Source: Trichoplax adhaerens (Eukaryota; Animalia; Placozoa). From it: 64,000 bases of DNA. Below, piece after piece: positions 39,991 to 52,316 of the stretch. The position numbers and the translations under genes are program-made. The notes beneath the pieces are model-generated. The model had not been told where the DNA came from, did not search any database, and saw only the letters and a program-made list of their open reading frames with translations. Position 1 is the first letter of the stretch. Each line of letters begins with the position of its first letter. Location: assembly GCF_000150275.1 (NCBI RefSeq), contig NW_002060945.1:569872-633871 (forward strand). Direction: 5' to 3'.

Positions 39991-42944
39991 TACTGCAGAT
40001 AGATTCATCTTTAACGATAGAATTTATGTTACCTTAATTCTTAAGGTGTTAATATCTGTCATTAGGAAAGATAAATTAGTTACACTGTTCCTTAAATCAC
40101 ATCTGTCGCTAAAGATAGCACTTTTCAATATATTACTAACATTTCAATTCTTGAAATATCCATCATCTGATCTGTCATTTCAAATTTTAATTGTACATCT
40201 AGCTTTAGGAAGAAGCTATACTTTAATCCTAATCTTATACATGATGTATTAGCCTATATCTTTTAGAGACAGAACTCATACCATCACAATATACTATTAA
40301 AATATAAATTAATACAAAGTCTACTGTATATGCACAAGTAAGGCAATTACTGTATATACCTACACAACATGATTCAATCTCATGCCTGATCATGATCCTA
40401 TTTCTTTATCGAAATCGATCACTATTTCTGTACAATAATATCATTCATTAAACTATTAATCATTTAATGAGAGTCGAAGAAGATTTCATGATAGATTTTT
40501 AAGGAATGGCCAATACAGCTATTAACTTGTGAGCTATATCAATGATACTATGAAGCGCTAAAAATATTTTCGCACAATCCTGTTAGCCGTAACTTTTTTT
40601 ACAACAAAGTGGATTTCTATTTGCATCCTACCTTTCTCGGATAATTTAAACAAGAAAGCATTTATTTAATCCCATATTAATGATGGTAAGCAGGATTGAG
40701 ATGAAATAATGAATCAATGCCTATTTTCAACTATTCAATTTTAATTAAATAATTCTTCCGGTAAAAAATAAATTTAATCAAGATTCTTTCTATGCGTGAA
40801 AATTTTATTTATGAGAAATTGTGGCCCTTAATTCCTATTTATTACTTTTAGTAAAGTGTCAGTTTGCATTAATAAATGAAATTAACAAAAAATACTGGAA
40901 ATTATATCAAGCAATCTCTTTCTTTGGTGCCATTAAAGTTAGCGAATATTATCATTTAAGAAAATGATTCCTAGTGAGATAGTTTTAGTGACAATTAGCT
41001 AAGATACAATTAAATATGTGACTATTATGTTATCATAGTTGAAAGTTTCAATTAAATTGTGCATTTTCTTTAATAAACCCTTGGATGAAAAGATAAAGTG
41101 CACTATTATACCTTATATCAATCAATCAATCTACCAATAAATTCATCAAATAGCATTACGGCATAAGCTTAAATTGTTTTATCCTTTAAACAGAATTTGC
41201 AGTCACGACAACGCCCTCCGAGATGACATATCTATCATAAACTTTATGAAAGAAAAAATTATAGATAAATAATATTTTTGCGTGAAAGTAGGGGTGAGAA
41301 AGAAGGAAGAAAATCAAATTAATTAATTACGAATGTAGTAGTGAGAAAACGAGGAGCTATCCATAGCATCAGTCTATCCTACTCTATCCTCGATATTTAT
41401 TTTTAAACCATGGGTATTTCTCTAAGGTATTTAGCAAAAATCACTATCTAGCCTGTTCATATATGATACCTGTTCATTTGAGCATGTGATATTATCAAAT
41501 TCAAATTAGTATAGGAAGCAAATAACGAATTAAATAGTTAAAATAGAAATTTTATCGATTGCTAAGTTATTGATTGAAATAAGCATCTCTCTGTTTATGT
41601 ACGCTATTTATGTATATATAGGCCGTAACATATATATATATACAGCCCATTATAAGAGTATTATATGAGTATTATAGAATCCTGAAGTAAATAAATGAAG
41701 CATTAAATGGGTTGCAATAAAAATTGATAATACTTAATAAGTATACAATGGAAAGAATTGTTCTTCTATCGTTTAATAAGTTAGCACTTATTACAGATTG
41801 ATCAACGAGATAAAAATAAAAAGTAATTAATTAAATATTTATTTATTTAGAATATGAACGATCAATATCGTGTTTACTAGGTTAGTAAAATGAGGTAGAA
41901 AATAGAAATAGCGATATCATCACTTTATGAGTAGAAGATTAAGTCATAGAAAAGACTCTTTTGGCACAGATGATGATCATGGAAGATAGAAGCAGCTTGT
42001 AACTAATTGAAATAATTAAAACCTTGAAGTAATTTCTCGATAGAATTAATAATTTTATGCAGTTCTATCGAGAATGTTGCTTAACATGATTAAAATATAA
42101 GATGAAAAAAAATTTGTGATATCCTAATATCGACTAAAAGGAGAATTGATTACGATAAACTATACTTCAGTGAACTTGTTCACTGAAGTATTGCATAATA
42201 TGGGATCTCATTGTAAATGGATTTAATTCAGATATTGAATAATCATCATCTGTCATTTTATCAATAACACCCTCACATTAAAAGATGGATTTATTCCCAA
42301 TAGAATTAACTTTATTTCTTTATCCGATCGGAAATGCAGCCCCAACGTATTCTTAGTAAATTTAGTAGACAAGAACCATTTCAGTGATGAGAAAATCAAC
42401 AAGAGACCGGTTAGAATCGATATAATTTACACGCTAACCCATTTTATTGTCCATTATCAATTACATCTAAATAAAATCTTAATAATAGCGAATGCTTTTA
42501 ATAGTTCTTTAAAATTTTAATGATATTCTATTCATAAATAAGCAGAAGAGAAATATCATAAGTCAAGCTCATTTAAGCGTTAATTGTATTATTGCTACTT
42601 ATCAAACATATGGTTGTATGAAACACTACGAAAAGAATACTATCACTTACTTTAATTTTCAAATATTATTATCCTTCTGTTACATGAAATTATTTTGAAG
42701 AAATATTTTAAAATGCTTAACTGTACAGTCATATAAATACTACAAAAAGAATAATATCAACTACTTTAATTTTGAAGTATTGTTCTTCTATTACGTGACA
42801 TTATTATATAGAAACATCCAAAAATATTCTAGTATCTACTCCTATAAACATTATCAAAATAGATACATATAACGATAACAAATAATATCAATATAGTTAA
42901 CTCGTTTTGTATATTGATTTATATTAAATTTGATCAATTTTATG

Positions 42945-43290
42945 CATCATCCTGGTGCTGATTTTATTTAGTCATTCGAAGTTAAAACTTAATCTACTAG
43001 AATAATAAAAAATTTAAAGATCAATCTTTATTTAAATTAATTATGAATAAAAATCGATAGTGGACCAAGGTGGTATTATTTTCTATTTCTATCATGATGC
43101 GTACCTTATGTAAGGCATAGACTAATTTTATAGATCATCCTGGTGCTGATTTTATTTAGTCATTAATATTTGTGAATTAAGCTACCAATGTAATAAACAA
43201 TATAAACCTCGACCTTTATTTGAATTTATTTATAAATAAAAATCGATAGTGGACCGACAATATTTTCTATCTCTGTCATGACGCGTAACT
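42945..43290. repeat. ~190-nt tandem duplication
   Basis: atcatcctggtgctgattttatttagtcatt at ~42946 and ~43134; aataaaaatcgatagtggacc at ~43046 and ~43235. Confidence 0.85.
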
Positions 43291-44808
43291 TGTGTAGGCC
43301 GTAGACTAATTTCTCTTAACTTAAAAATTATTTCGATAATGATCATGTATTCATAAGTTGGAATAAATCTAGCTCGATATACACTTTTATAACTGTAGCA
43401 ACTAGTTTCACAAAAGTTCATTGTGATTCGACTAGATTTGATTATCTACCTATTCCATATTGTTAATCAATATCATTTGCTTTCTAGTTTAAAATACCAC
43501 GATAAATACAAGAAAGAGATGTATAAATACTCTTTGTCTATTCATTCCAATTTAAAAGTAAGAATTTATATGAAGGATCATGATATTGATGAGTAAATAT
43601 TTACCAGTATCGGTATGAATCATTTTCTTTTCTTTCCGTCTCTTTCTCGCTCTCCATTTATACCGGCCGCATTGAATAATGTATAATTATATGTGTATAT
43701 GCCATTATCTAAAAATAACTGGTACTAGAGTTAACTTACTTTATGGCTCTATTTCGATAGATAAATTACCGTAGATTAACGTATTTCTTAATAGAATCCA
43801 TGATACTGAAATATTTTCGATACACTCCAAGATCCTCATTTGCTGAAAAGTATCACGTCTATCCGTTATGGTAAAGGTTAATTCTGAAAAAAATAATTTT
43901 ATGCATTACTGATGCTACCTTTAACTAGCTATTCTTATCAATCTATATTATTGACCTCAACAAAAGTTTAGTCAATTCTATTTTTCTTTCTAATTATCAT
44001 TATACACGTTATAAATTATGTTTTATGAAATAGTCAGCTGGCTATGTTAAAGTGAAGTAATTATGTTGCTATAATTATAATTACCATTAAGAAGATGTTG
44101 GTGACGTATTGTCATTTTTCTTAGCTAAAGTTTTTATTGATATCCGTTATTGACTGTGTTAATTGAATAAGTTTATTTGTACACCTGTTCAGATAGGAAT
44201 AAATTGTATTTATTCGTCATCTCTATCTTACTTTCATTCAATCCAACTATTTTAATCCGGAATTGAGTATTCTACATTTTATTGCAATCATCCGTCGTAA
44301 CGATAAGCATGAGTTGAGAACCGCACCACAAGGTTGAAAAATCGAGTATTATTCCTATTAATACTATTATTATCCAAAGCGTCTAGTAGGGCTTAACGAA
44401 AGGGTATTTCTGTTATCGATCTATAAATCATCTGATGATTTATTAAATCACTCCATTTTAATATAGACGTAGCATCGAGTGAGGTCATCATTTTATACTA
44501 CATAGAAAAGAATTTTCTCTTTCTCAGTGATATAGCTGCATACGCATATTGGCTATTATCCATCACTTTAGAACGATTTATTGGTCTAGCGACAGGTATA
44601 AAAGTTTGTAAATATGGTACTTTAAATTCGCTGTTTTCTGATCGTTAGGATTCTAGAAATCTAAAATTGAAACAACTTTATTTCATTTTTGATAATGATT
44701 AAAATAATTACTAGGACGATCTATATTCGAATCCAGTCAAGGCGATCAGACTGTATCCAGTAATCTTGAATAATAACAATATAACCAATCGAACAGGAAA
44801 TAGTAAAG

Positions 44809-45996
44809 ATGATAACCACTCCTTTAACGTTCAGTAATGAATCATTTTCATCGGCGTTGCCTACCAAGCCACAAGTTACTGTTAATAGCATACCCCTTTC
44901 ATTTTTAATCCATGCAATCATTCTATTTATTGTATCTGGTAGTGGAGTTATTGCGAACAGTGCTGTTTTCACTGTCATTCTACGATCTAGCAAGCTACGC
45001 TCGATGAATACATTTATGTTGTTTTGCAATTTAGCTGTGGCTGATTTCCTTCTAGCAGCATCTGCTTCCGTTACTGCTATCATCTTATTAAATCGCGGCT
45101 TGTTTTTCAGTTTGTTCATGTGTAAAGCTTTATCAGTATTACAAACCACTACAATTACTGTCTCAGCTTTAACCTTAGTAATCATTAGTATCGATCGTTC
45201 ATTAGCTATAGCAAAGCCATTCTTTTTTGAACATTGGTGCGTTGCTAAAGTCATTTTAGCAGCGATTAGTGTAATCTGGATTTTAGCTTTTGCTTACGCA
45301 GCACCTCTACTCTATTATGCTATTTTAACACCAAATGGCAACTGTTTCATGCTGATGGGGCCTCACAGTGCAACTACCTACCAAATTGTTGGAACAATTA
45401 TACAATTTCTACTACCATTATTCGCTGGAATTATTTCTTATAATGTTATTAACAGAGTCTTAGGTAAATTAAATGCGTTACCGGGTTATTTGCAACCTGA
45501 TCTAAATCGCTTATCAAAAGCGAAACATCGTGCAAAGACAGCTTTTATCGTTATCATAGTTTATGTCATCACTGGTGTTGGATTTTATACTTTATCCATT
45601 GCAGAACTAGGTCTTCGGCCATACTATAACAAAGATCCAGCGTTAACTGCTATCATATTTAACCTATCACTTGCATTTAGAACTATTGCTTATTCCTCAT
45701 CTCTATGGAATCCATTTATTTATGCGGCATCGAGCAAGTCTTTCCGCCAAAGTATGAATTTTATCCGATCACCAGCATCAGTTGGTACAGCACCGAAAAG
45801 TTCATCATCTGTTTCTCGCGAAAGCCAATGTGCTTTTAAATTAATGCGTCGAGACTATCTTGCGTCACAAATGCTTGGGCCTCCGAATGGCTCCATTACT
45901 ACCACTAGTTCTGACCGCCCAGATGAAGTGGCAGACAATAATATTAATATTTTCAAACCGCAAGATTCAATCTTTACCTCTTTCGTCCGTAAATGA
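44809..45996 (+). CDS. Rhodopsin-like (class A) GPCR, peptide-receptor-like orphan, single coding exon, 395 aa
   Basis: Seven hydrophobic segments with GVIAN (TM1), LRSMNTFM..NLAVADFL (TM2), C..SALTLVIISIDRS (TM3), IWI..F..AAP (TM4), ECL2 Cys, FLLPL (TM5) and SS..NPFIY..SKSFR (TM7/helix 8). N-terminal NES glycosylation site. Confidence 0.93.
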   Translation: MITTPLTFSNESFSSALPTKPQVTVNSIPLSFLIHAIILFIVSGSGVIANSAVFTVILRSSKLRSMNTFMLFCNLAVADFLLAASASVTAIILLNRGLFFSLFMCKALSVLQTTTITVSALTLVIISIDRSLAIAKPFFFEHWCVAKVILAAISVIWILAFAYAAPLLYYAILTPNGNCFMLMGPHSATTYQIVGTIIQFLLPLFAGIISYNVINRVLGKLNALPGYLQPDLNRLSKAKHRAKTAFIVIIVYVITGVGFYTLSIAELGLRPYYNKDPALTAIIFNLSLAFRTIAYSSSLWNPFIYAASSKSFRQSMNFIRSPASVGTAPKSSSSVSRESQCAFKLMRRDYLASQMLGPPNGSITTTSSDRPDEVADNNINIFKPQDSIFTSFVRK

Positions 45997-46869
45997 TTCT
46001 CCCTACATTTTCCTAATTAATCTATGTACCAGTAGTAAATACTCCGATACCTTCTAATATTGTTACTGTATGGTATGGCTATAAATTAAGTTAAAATGAT
46101 TGCTAATGATAAAGTAAAAAGTAATATTAGTACACTAATGTAAATGCCTTAGCAAAAGATTAAATTCTTCACTCTTTTCATAATCTGATAATTGATGGTA
46201 AGTCATAATATCATCGAGGTTCTATCTACATAGAGCTAGTTAGTTGTACACGATAAGATAAGACTGAGTCTGCAACAAAGTGCATCATGCAATTATTGCA
46301 TCAAAGATAGAAACTATCTATGACTTGGCCGATCTAAACGCTAGTAAATGTGTATATGCTATTTATATCTCTGGTCTAGCCAGAGTGCCTTAAAAATTGC
46401 TACAACTTAATTATCTCTTAACTGGCAATCAAACATTATTTCTATCTACTTGAATCACCTTTATCCCGGACAAATTAAAAATGATGATAAGTTGAAATTG
46501 GTATTTCTTTTTTTTAAACCTATTAATGTAGATCATTTTTTTACTACTACTAATATCCATATCCGTTTTTTAACTTCTATGAAAAATGCAAGTCATGCTT
46601 TATAATAATATCTATATTTCTCCTTAACGATGTTTAATGAATTTCACTGTTATCGGTACAATTGCTCGATAGAGTTTGATGCTTTAGTTGACTAATTCTT
46701 CTTTCTATCCATCGACTTATTAATAATTTAAGTAGCATTATCAATTATCACTAAAATCTAAAATTTGTTCTTTGGTGAGTCTCCCAACAGGCAGTAATTT
46801 ATTATAATGATATCTAGGTTACTAGCTGAGAGTAATCATGATTTTTAGCATTAATGAAATAGATAATTT

Positions 46870-48325
46870 GAAGTAGTATGGTGTTTTCATAAACTTATTC
46901 TCTCCTACATATTGCCTATAATACGTCGTCGTAATCCATTTCAAGTATCCATAACAATGTAACAGCAAAATTATTAGCTGTAGTATTCGTAGTCATCCCA
47001 TTTAGCTAGCTTGATAATGTAATCAGCCATAATCTTCTATGATCAACTTATGACTGACGTATAGTAATGTAAATTTTTTTGTAATTCAAAGATAGATACC
47101 ATCAATTAATATATTTAGTTATGATATTGATTCTCTAGATCAGGATGCTGGAATGCCGTCCATGCTTACTTGTTATTTACTTCTATTAAGTTATGATTTA
47201 GTATTATTAACATACACTTAAAATTGACTGTTCATATCAATATTTAAACTTGGCTTGAGTGTTTTCAACTGTAACGTTTCAAGTATTTTAACGTTTGTTT
47301 CTATTACCATAGATAAATATAAAGCAATCAAAACCAGGAGATAAATTAAGCATGTTACTATCTCGTTATTTCCCTTATACGTATATACATCTTAATTTTC
47401 TAATGCTAATAAATAATATTAGTGACATCTTTAAGTCGAGTTACTGAGTATCTTTCCCTAAAAATTTATTCCTTGTAGTACAGTACTAGTAAGTATATTA
47501 CTAGCTTTTAACCACAATTAATACTTATTAAATACATACCGTATATCACTCCATACCAGATGCATTGATATATGGCAACAAATTTTATTAATGGGTATGA
47601 CTAAGAAATTTCTTAGAGATTATCAGAATTTCATTACTGATGTCACCTACTTTAAAAATAATGTTATATGTGTATTTGCAGTAATGCATGTGCGAGAAGT
47701 ATACACTTAACACTAACACTGACGATTAAAATTTAGTTAGCTATAACTTTTACCACCACTGTATACGGTAATTTCTAAAGTTACTGCATATAACTTTTAA
47801 TAAAAAATTTAGCTTAGATGTAATATATCGTATGCAAAAAGATGGTTTAAGGCAATTTTAAATAAAGTGTTTCTCTTAACAGGAAAGAGGCCATCTAACG
47901 GTAATAATAGGGAAATGCTCTAATGATATCTGGTTAATTGATAATAAATAGACTTGGAAGGGTAGAGCTACTATTAATAACTTGTTTACCATAACTGATA
48001 TTACCACGGATATTGTCAATTGTATTACATGATCGAGTTCAATAAAAACAATTAGGAAGATCAAAATGAAATAGTAATCATTTCATATGAATTGGGAACT
48101 TTCACGAATAATCTTCTTATTGTTGTTATTGATGTAGTTATTGTTTTACTTTTTAATCATTTGGCATTGTTGTATACAAATTAGTTATTTTCTATCATAT
48201 CACTTCGTTTACAAATAAGCAGATATTCGCGTTTAATGGTTCTCAAACTTAGGGTTAAGGTGCCATTATTAGCAATATGTAGTGCTTTTAAATAAAGCAA
48301 TCTAATAATCAATAATTATCTGGAA
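46870..48325 (+). pseudogene. Heavily decayed class A GPCR pseudogene, tandem to the intact GPCR
   Basis: Colinear fragments across frames: GVFINL/IIRRR (~46880-46930, TM1), NNVTAKLLAVVFVVIPFS (~46953-47006, TM2), CNVSSILTFVSITIDKYKAI (47270-47329, TM3/DRY), GKC...W then LLITCLP* (~47910-47995), LLIVVI..FLIIW (~48113-48165, TM6), LLAICSA..NLIINNYL (48266-48322, NPxxY-like). Many stops and frameshifts. Confidence 0.55.
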
Positions 48326-49222
48326 AAAAATTGAGTCAATAATGACATTTCCCATGTTATGGTAGTATAGATACAAAAATAATTCGATACGGATATAAAA
48401 CAAGTTTAACGAATTGATAATGTACCGACGTGGAGACAATATTGCCCATCAGTAAAAGTAAATACTAGTTAAGAATTAATTAATTAATTTCGAAATTTGG
48501 AACTACTTCCTTTATTGTGTTGAGTTATTCCGCATTATAAAGAAATGAGGAGCTCTTAAAAATTTCGTATCAGAAAAAAATATGCTATGACTTATTAATG
48601 TATTGATCCGAAATTACTTTAGTAGAATCAAATTTTATTTTAAGCAGATGTTTTGTTCATTTGGATATACCGTAGTCGGATAAATATTCAAGAGTAGTAA
48701 ACCGTTAGCGGAGCATAACAATGAACATGTTGGACAAAATATTGTTATGGATCTTTCTTACCATTTCATATTATACTTGAACGTGAATATGGTATAGTAT
48801 ATCAAGGATATATTCAATATTAAGCTATGGTGATTAACTGAATATCTAACTAACTCTTTTGTATGAGATGAGTAAGCTGTATATAGTTTCGATATACCAA
48901 ACAATCAAACAAATAAGAATGACATTTTTTTCTCAAGTGAATTTATAATTTTATATTTCTATGCTGTGCTTTAAATTTTTAGATATTTTAAATAGAAATG
49001 AAAGGTCAAAAATCTTAAAAGGCATACGGATTATTTAAACCAATTATTTATCAAATTAAAATCGTTCACATAAACTTGTAAAAACCTCCATTTGTTGGCT
49101 ATGAAAAGCATTCGTTAATTATTTATCATTAAAAATGCGATTAGGTAAATTTGTAGTGGCCTAGCCTGAATTTATCTATTTTGATAAAATTTTAAAGATT
49201 TCAATTAAAAATTAAAAAATTT

Positions 49223-51295
49223 CTAGTCAGTAGAATTTCCTGAGATAACCATATCGATTCTTCGGTCATGATCGTCCGTAGGAATTGTATCACAAATTTG
49301 AGAGGCGAACGCAAGGGCTAGACATATAAGTATTGATTGTTAGAATTATCTTAACGAGAACTTTTCTAGTTAATATTTTGTGATCTATATGTATGATGAT
49401 ATTGTAACCAAAACATGCCATGCTGTAAAGCATTTTTTGGCAAGTCAAAATAAATATCAAGTCTTTATCCAGACTGAATCAGCGTTCAATATCTACCGAT
49501 TGTTATTGGCCTCTTATGGAGTTTTTCTTCATACTTTTGCAAGTATCCATCATAGTATCCCTAATTTTTACCAAAACAAGTATGATATTAGCTTAAAGTG
49601 AGCAACTGACTGTTATAATATCATTATCGTTCTTTGCGAATGTAAGAGATAGTAAGAAATGAACGATGATATTTGCTTGCTTCCTTTAGCTAGTGAATAG
49701 CTATCGTTTTCTACGAAACGATTGTAAGTTTTTCGTAATACTCTCTTGTAGCGTTTACCTTTCCTCGTCCTAAACGATCACCAGCCTATGTTAAACAATG
49801 TGAATCAGATAATGTTAAACTTTTACCAAGGTAAATGATGAGAAGGTTACATTTGGATATAATATTGACAGAAACGTGAAAAACGATGGACTAATTAACA
49901 GTAAAAAGCTCCAATCTACAGCCTAAATAGAGCAGTATTAATATAGCTAATAGGCATGGTAGAATAAGTCTATGATAATCTATTAAAAGTAATAGTAAGA
50001 CCGCCATTCACAGTCAAGATCGTAAATGTACCAAGAAATGCTGTGGTAGATTACCGCAATACTAATTGCAATTTTTTTATATCTTGTCAAGAAGTGATGA
50101 ACATTTGCATTCCTAAATAGTATTTATTAATGGATTTAGTAGAGTATTTAATTTTTAATAGCAGAAGATGATTTTTTACTACAGTACAATATACGAGTGC
50201 AAGAAAGTTATTCTATTACATCAAAACTATATCATTCATTCTATCTAATTTAAATCCAGTGAGAAAGATAAAGATTCAATAATTATATTATTATTACCAT
50301 AGTAAATCCAAGTCCTGGGACTATGATTAAATCTAGTCCCCCTCCGCTAATGGCATTCTCTCTCTGTTCATTATCTGTACCATTATATTGAAATAGAATT
50401 TACCCATTCAACTATTACGTCTACTTAATTAAACAGTATATTCATTGATCGTATTGACTCAATTTCATGGAATTAATATATTAGATCTTATAAAAGATTT
50501 CATTCATTCTACCAGCTGGTTGTTTAATATTCCAAGAAGTGAGTGGTAAATTATCATAGTCTTCCCATGAATGTAAACGCACCATATCCATAATAGGGCC
50601 ATAATAGTGGGGAATATAACAAATTCTGCATATTTACAAAGAAGAGTAATCAGTAACCACAATTTATTAACTCATGATTGGTATCCGTTCCAACCATCTA
50701 TTTTTGATTAAGCGCCAAAAAATGTAACTTTAGATCTTACTTGTTGGTTGAAAAGATATCCTAAAATAAAGAGAGATACAAAACATTACCATACTACCCT
50801 TATTAATTAATTTTAGAGAAATTGGAAAGCGTTAGCCACTAGGAATCAGTTGTCGCTGTTTAGTGCTCGTGTACTGATGCAAGATAACATTGGATGCCTA
50901 ACCTTTAATATAGCAGTAGTCCTAATTTCGTCATCCATATGGAGGTATACGCATACACGTTTGCTCTTTTGATATTCAGGTGTTGCCATTAACTAAATTT
51001 GGAGATAGACAGAATAATATGTGCCATTCTTAGTCTCCACGTAGGTATTACTGCAGTCATAGCATTTAGGCATGCTGAGGTAATGGTCACCTCCATGTGA
51101 GATTTTATAACAATGTATTGGTTATGTTTGCCTATGTCTGTATGCAGTATTCTATTCAAATGGAATAACACACACTTTTTTAGCCACTTGTAATGATTCT
51201 CGATCTTTCTGGATATCTGATATTAAAGCTACTCGTTGTTTAATTGTTTTTCTTAATAAGTTTTTTGCAGCTCGAACACCATTTCTAGAAGCCAT
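49223..51295 (-). CDS. MTHFS: 5-formyltetrahydrofolate cyclo-ligase (methenyltetrahydrofolate synthetase), 8 coding exons
   Basis: MASRNGVRAAKNLLRKTIKQR; EYQKSKRVCVYLHMDDEIRT; DIFSTNKICYIPHY; LPLTSWNIKQP; GGLDLIIVPGLGFT; GDRLGRGK-GYYDGYL; IALAFASQICDTIPTDDHDRRIDMVI. Stop TAG at 49223-49225. Confidence 0.95.
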
Positions 51296-52316
51296 TTTGT
51301 TGTTGTTGTGAATTTCTACCTTGACATAAAAGTGCAAGAATAGCATAAATGAATCATCAACCTATACATCACGTTGATTAAGTAAAGTATGATTGGATTA
51401 AAACCATTTAAAACCTGTAAAAACTCTTTCACGATGGAGATTGTTGGTATTCGATGGAGTTTAAGTAGGATTAGTTGGAGCTCGAAAGCGTTTGCAAAGA
51501 TTGCCTGCACTTCTCCCTCTAGTGCTGCTACTGTCTGTATCAAGTGGCAGTACAGCGTTTATATTAACTTATAGTATGAGTTGGCAGTAGATTGTTTCCA
51601 AGGTAACTCAATCCAGTACTAGGGCTGTTATACTGTCCAGAGCTGTGCAAATTAGATGTACTCTAGTCGAGAATGATGGGCATGCATGAAAGTAATGTCA
51701 CCTAAGTGGATACCAATTTGCCGCTATTAATTATACTATTGATAGAATAAAAGTAAATGGTGTAGGTGACATTTATAATGCTCATTTTTGTATGAACTAT
51801 ATCACCTTGAAACACACTTTGATACAGTTTGTACAACAAATACCAGACATTCAATTTGCACAAGTGCCATACGGTATTCCTTAGTCAAGCCCTTTCTTAC
51901 CGTTCTTGTGGTAGTCGCATACACATACATTGAATTGAACGCTGCGTATTGTACAGTATACTACATACAGTATGGCAAAATGGCCTAAATATTGGAGTGC
52001 ACATACATAGCAAACTATTCCATACTGTACTATATAAGCATACTGCTGGAAGTAAATCTTGTATAATCATAGCCAATTTGCTGATGCTATCCTTGCCTTC
52101 CATAAACTGGATCTAAACCTCAAATTTTCAATTATTATTCGACAAATTTGGATAGATTGAAAGCAGGATAAACTGCCCTTTTAACCTAAGGGTATACTAA
52201 TACTATAGACTTCAAGCATAACATTTCAATTGCCTTTCTACGTGGCAAGCAATATCGATCATTGCTAGCCTTTATTGCACTATTAGCAACCACAGTCTCC
52301 AACTATCAACATCAAC

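Noticed and set aside
44721-45254. 177-aa antisense ORF over the GPCR
   Set aside because: Shadow ORF of the coding strand with no independent signal. The same applies to 684-980, 874-1104, 1971-2273, 22587-22946 and 55539-55832.
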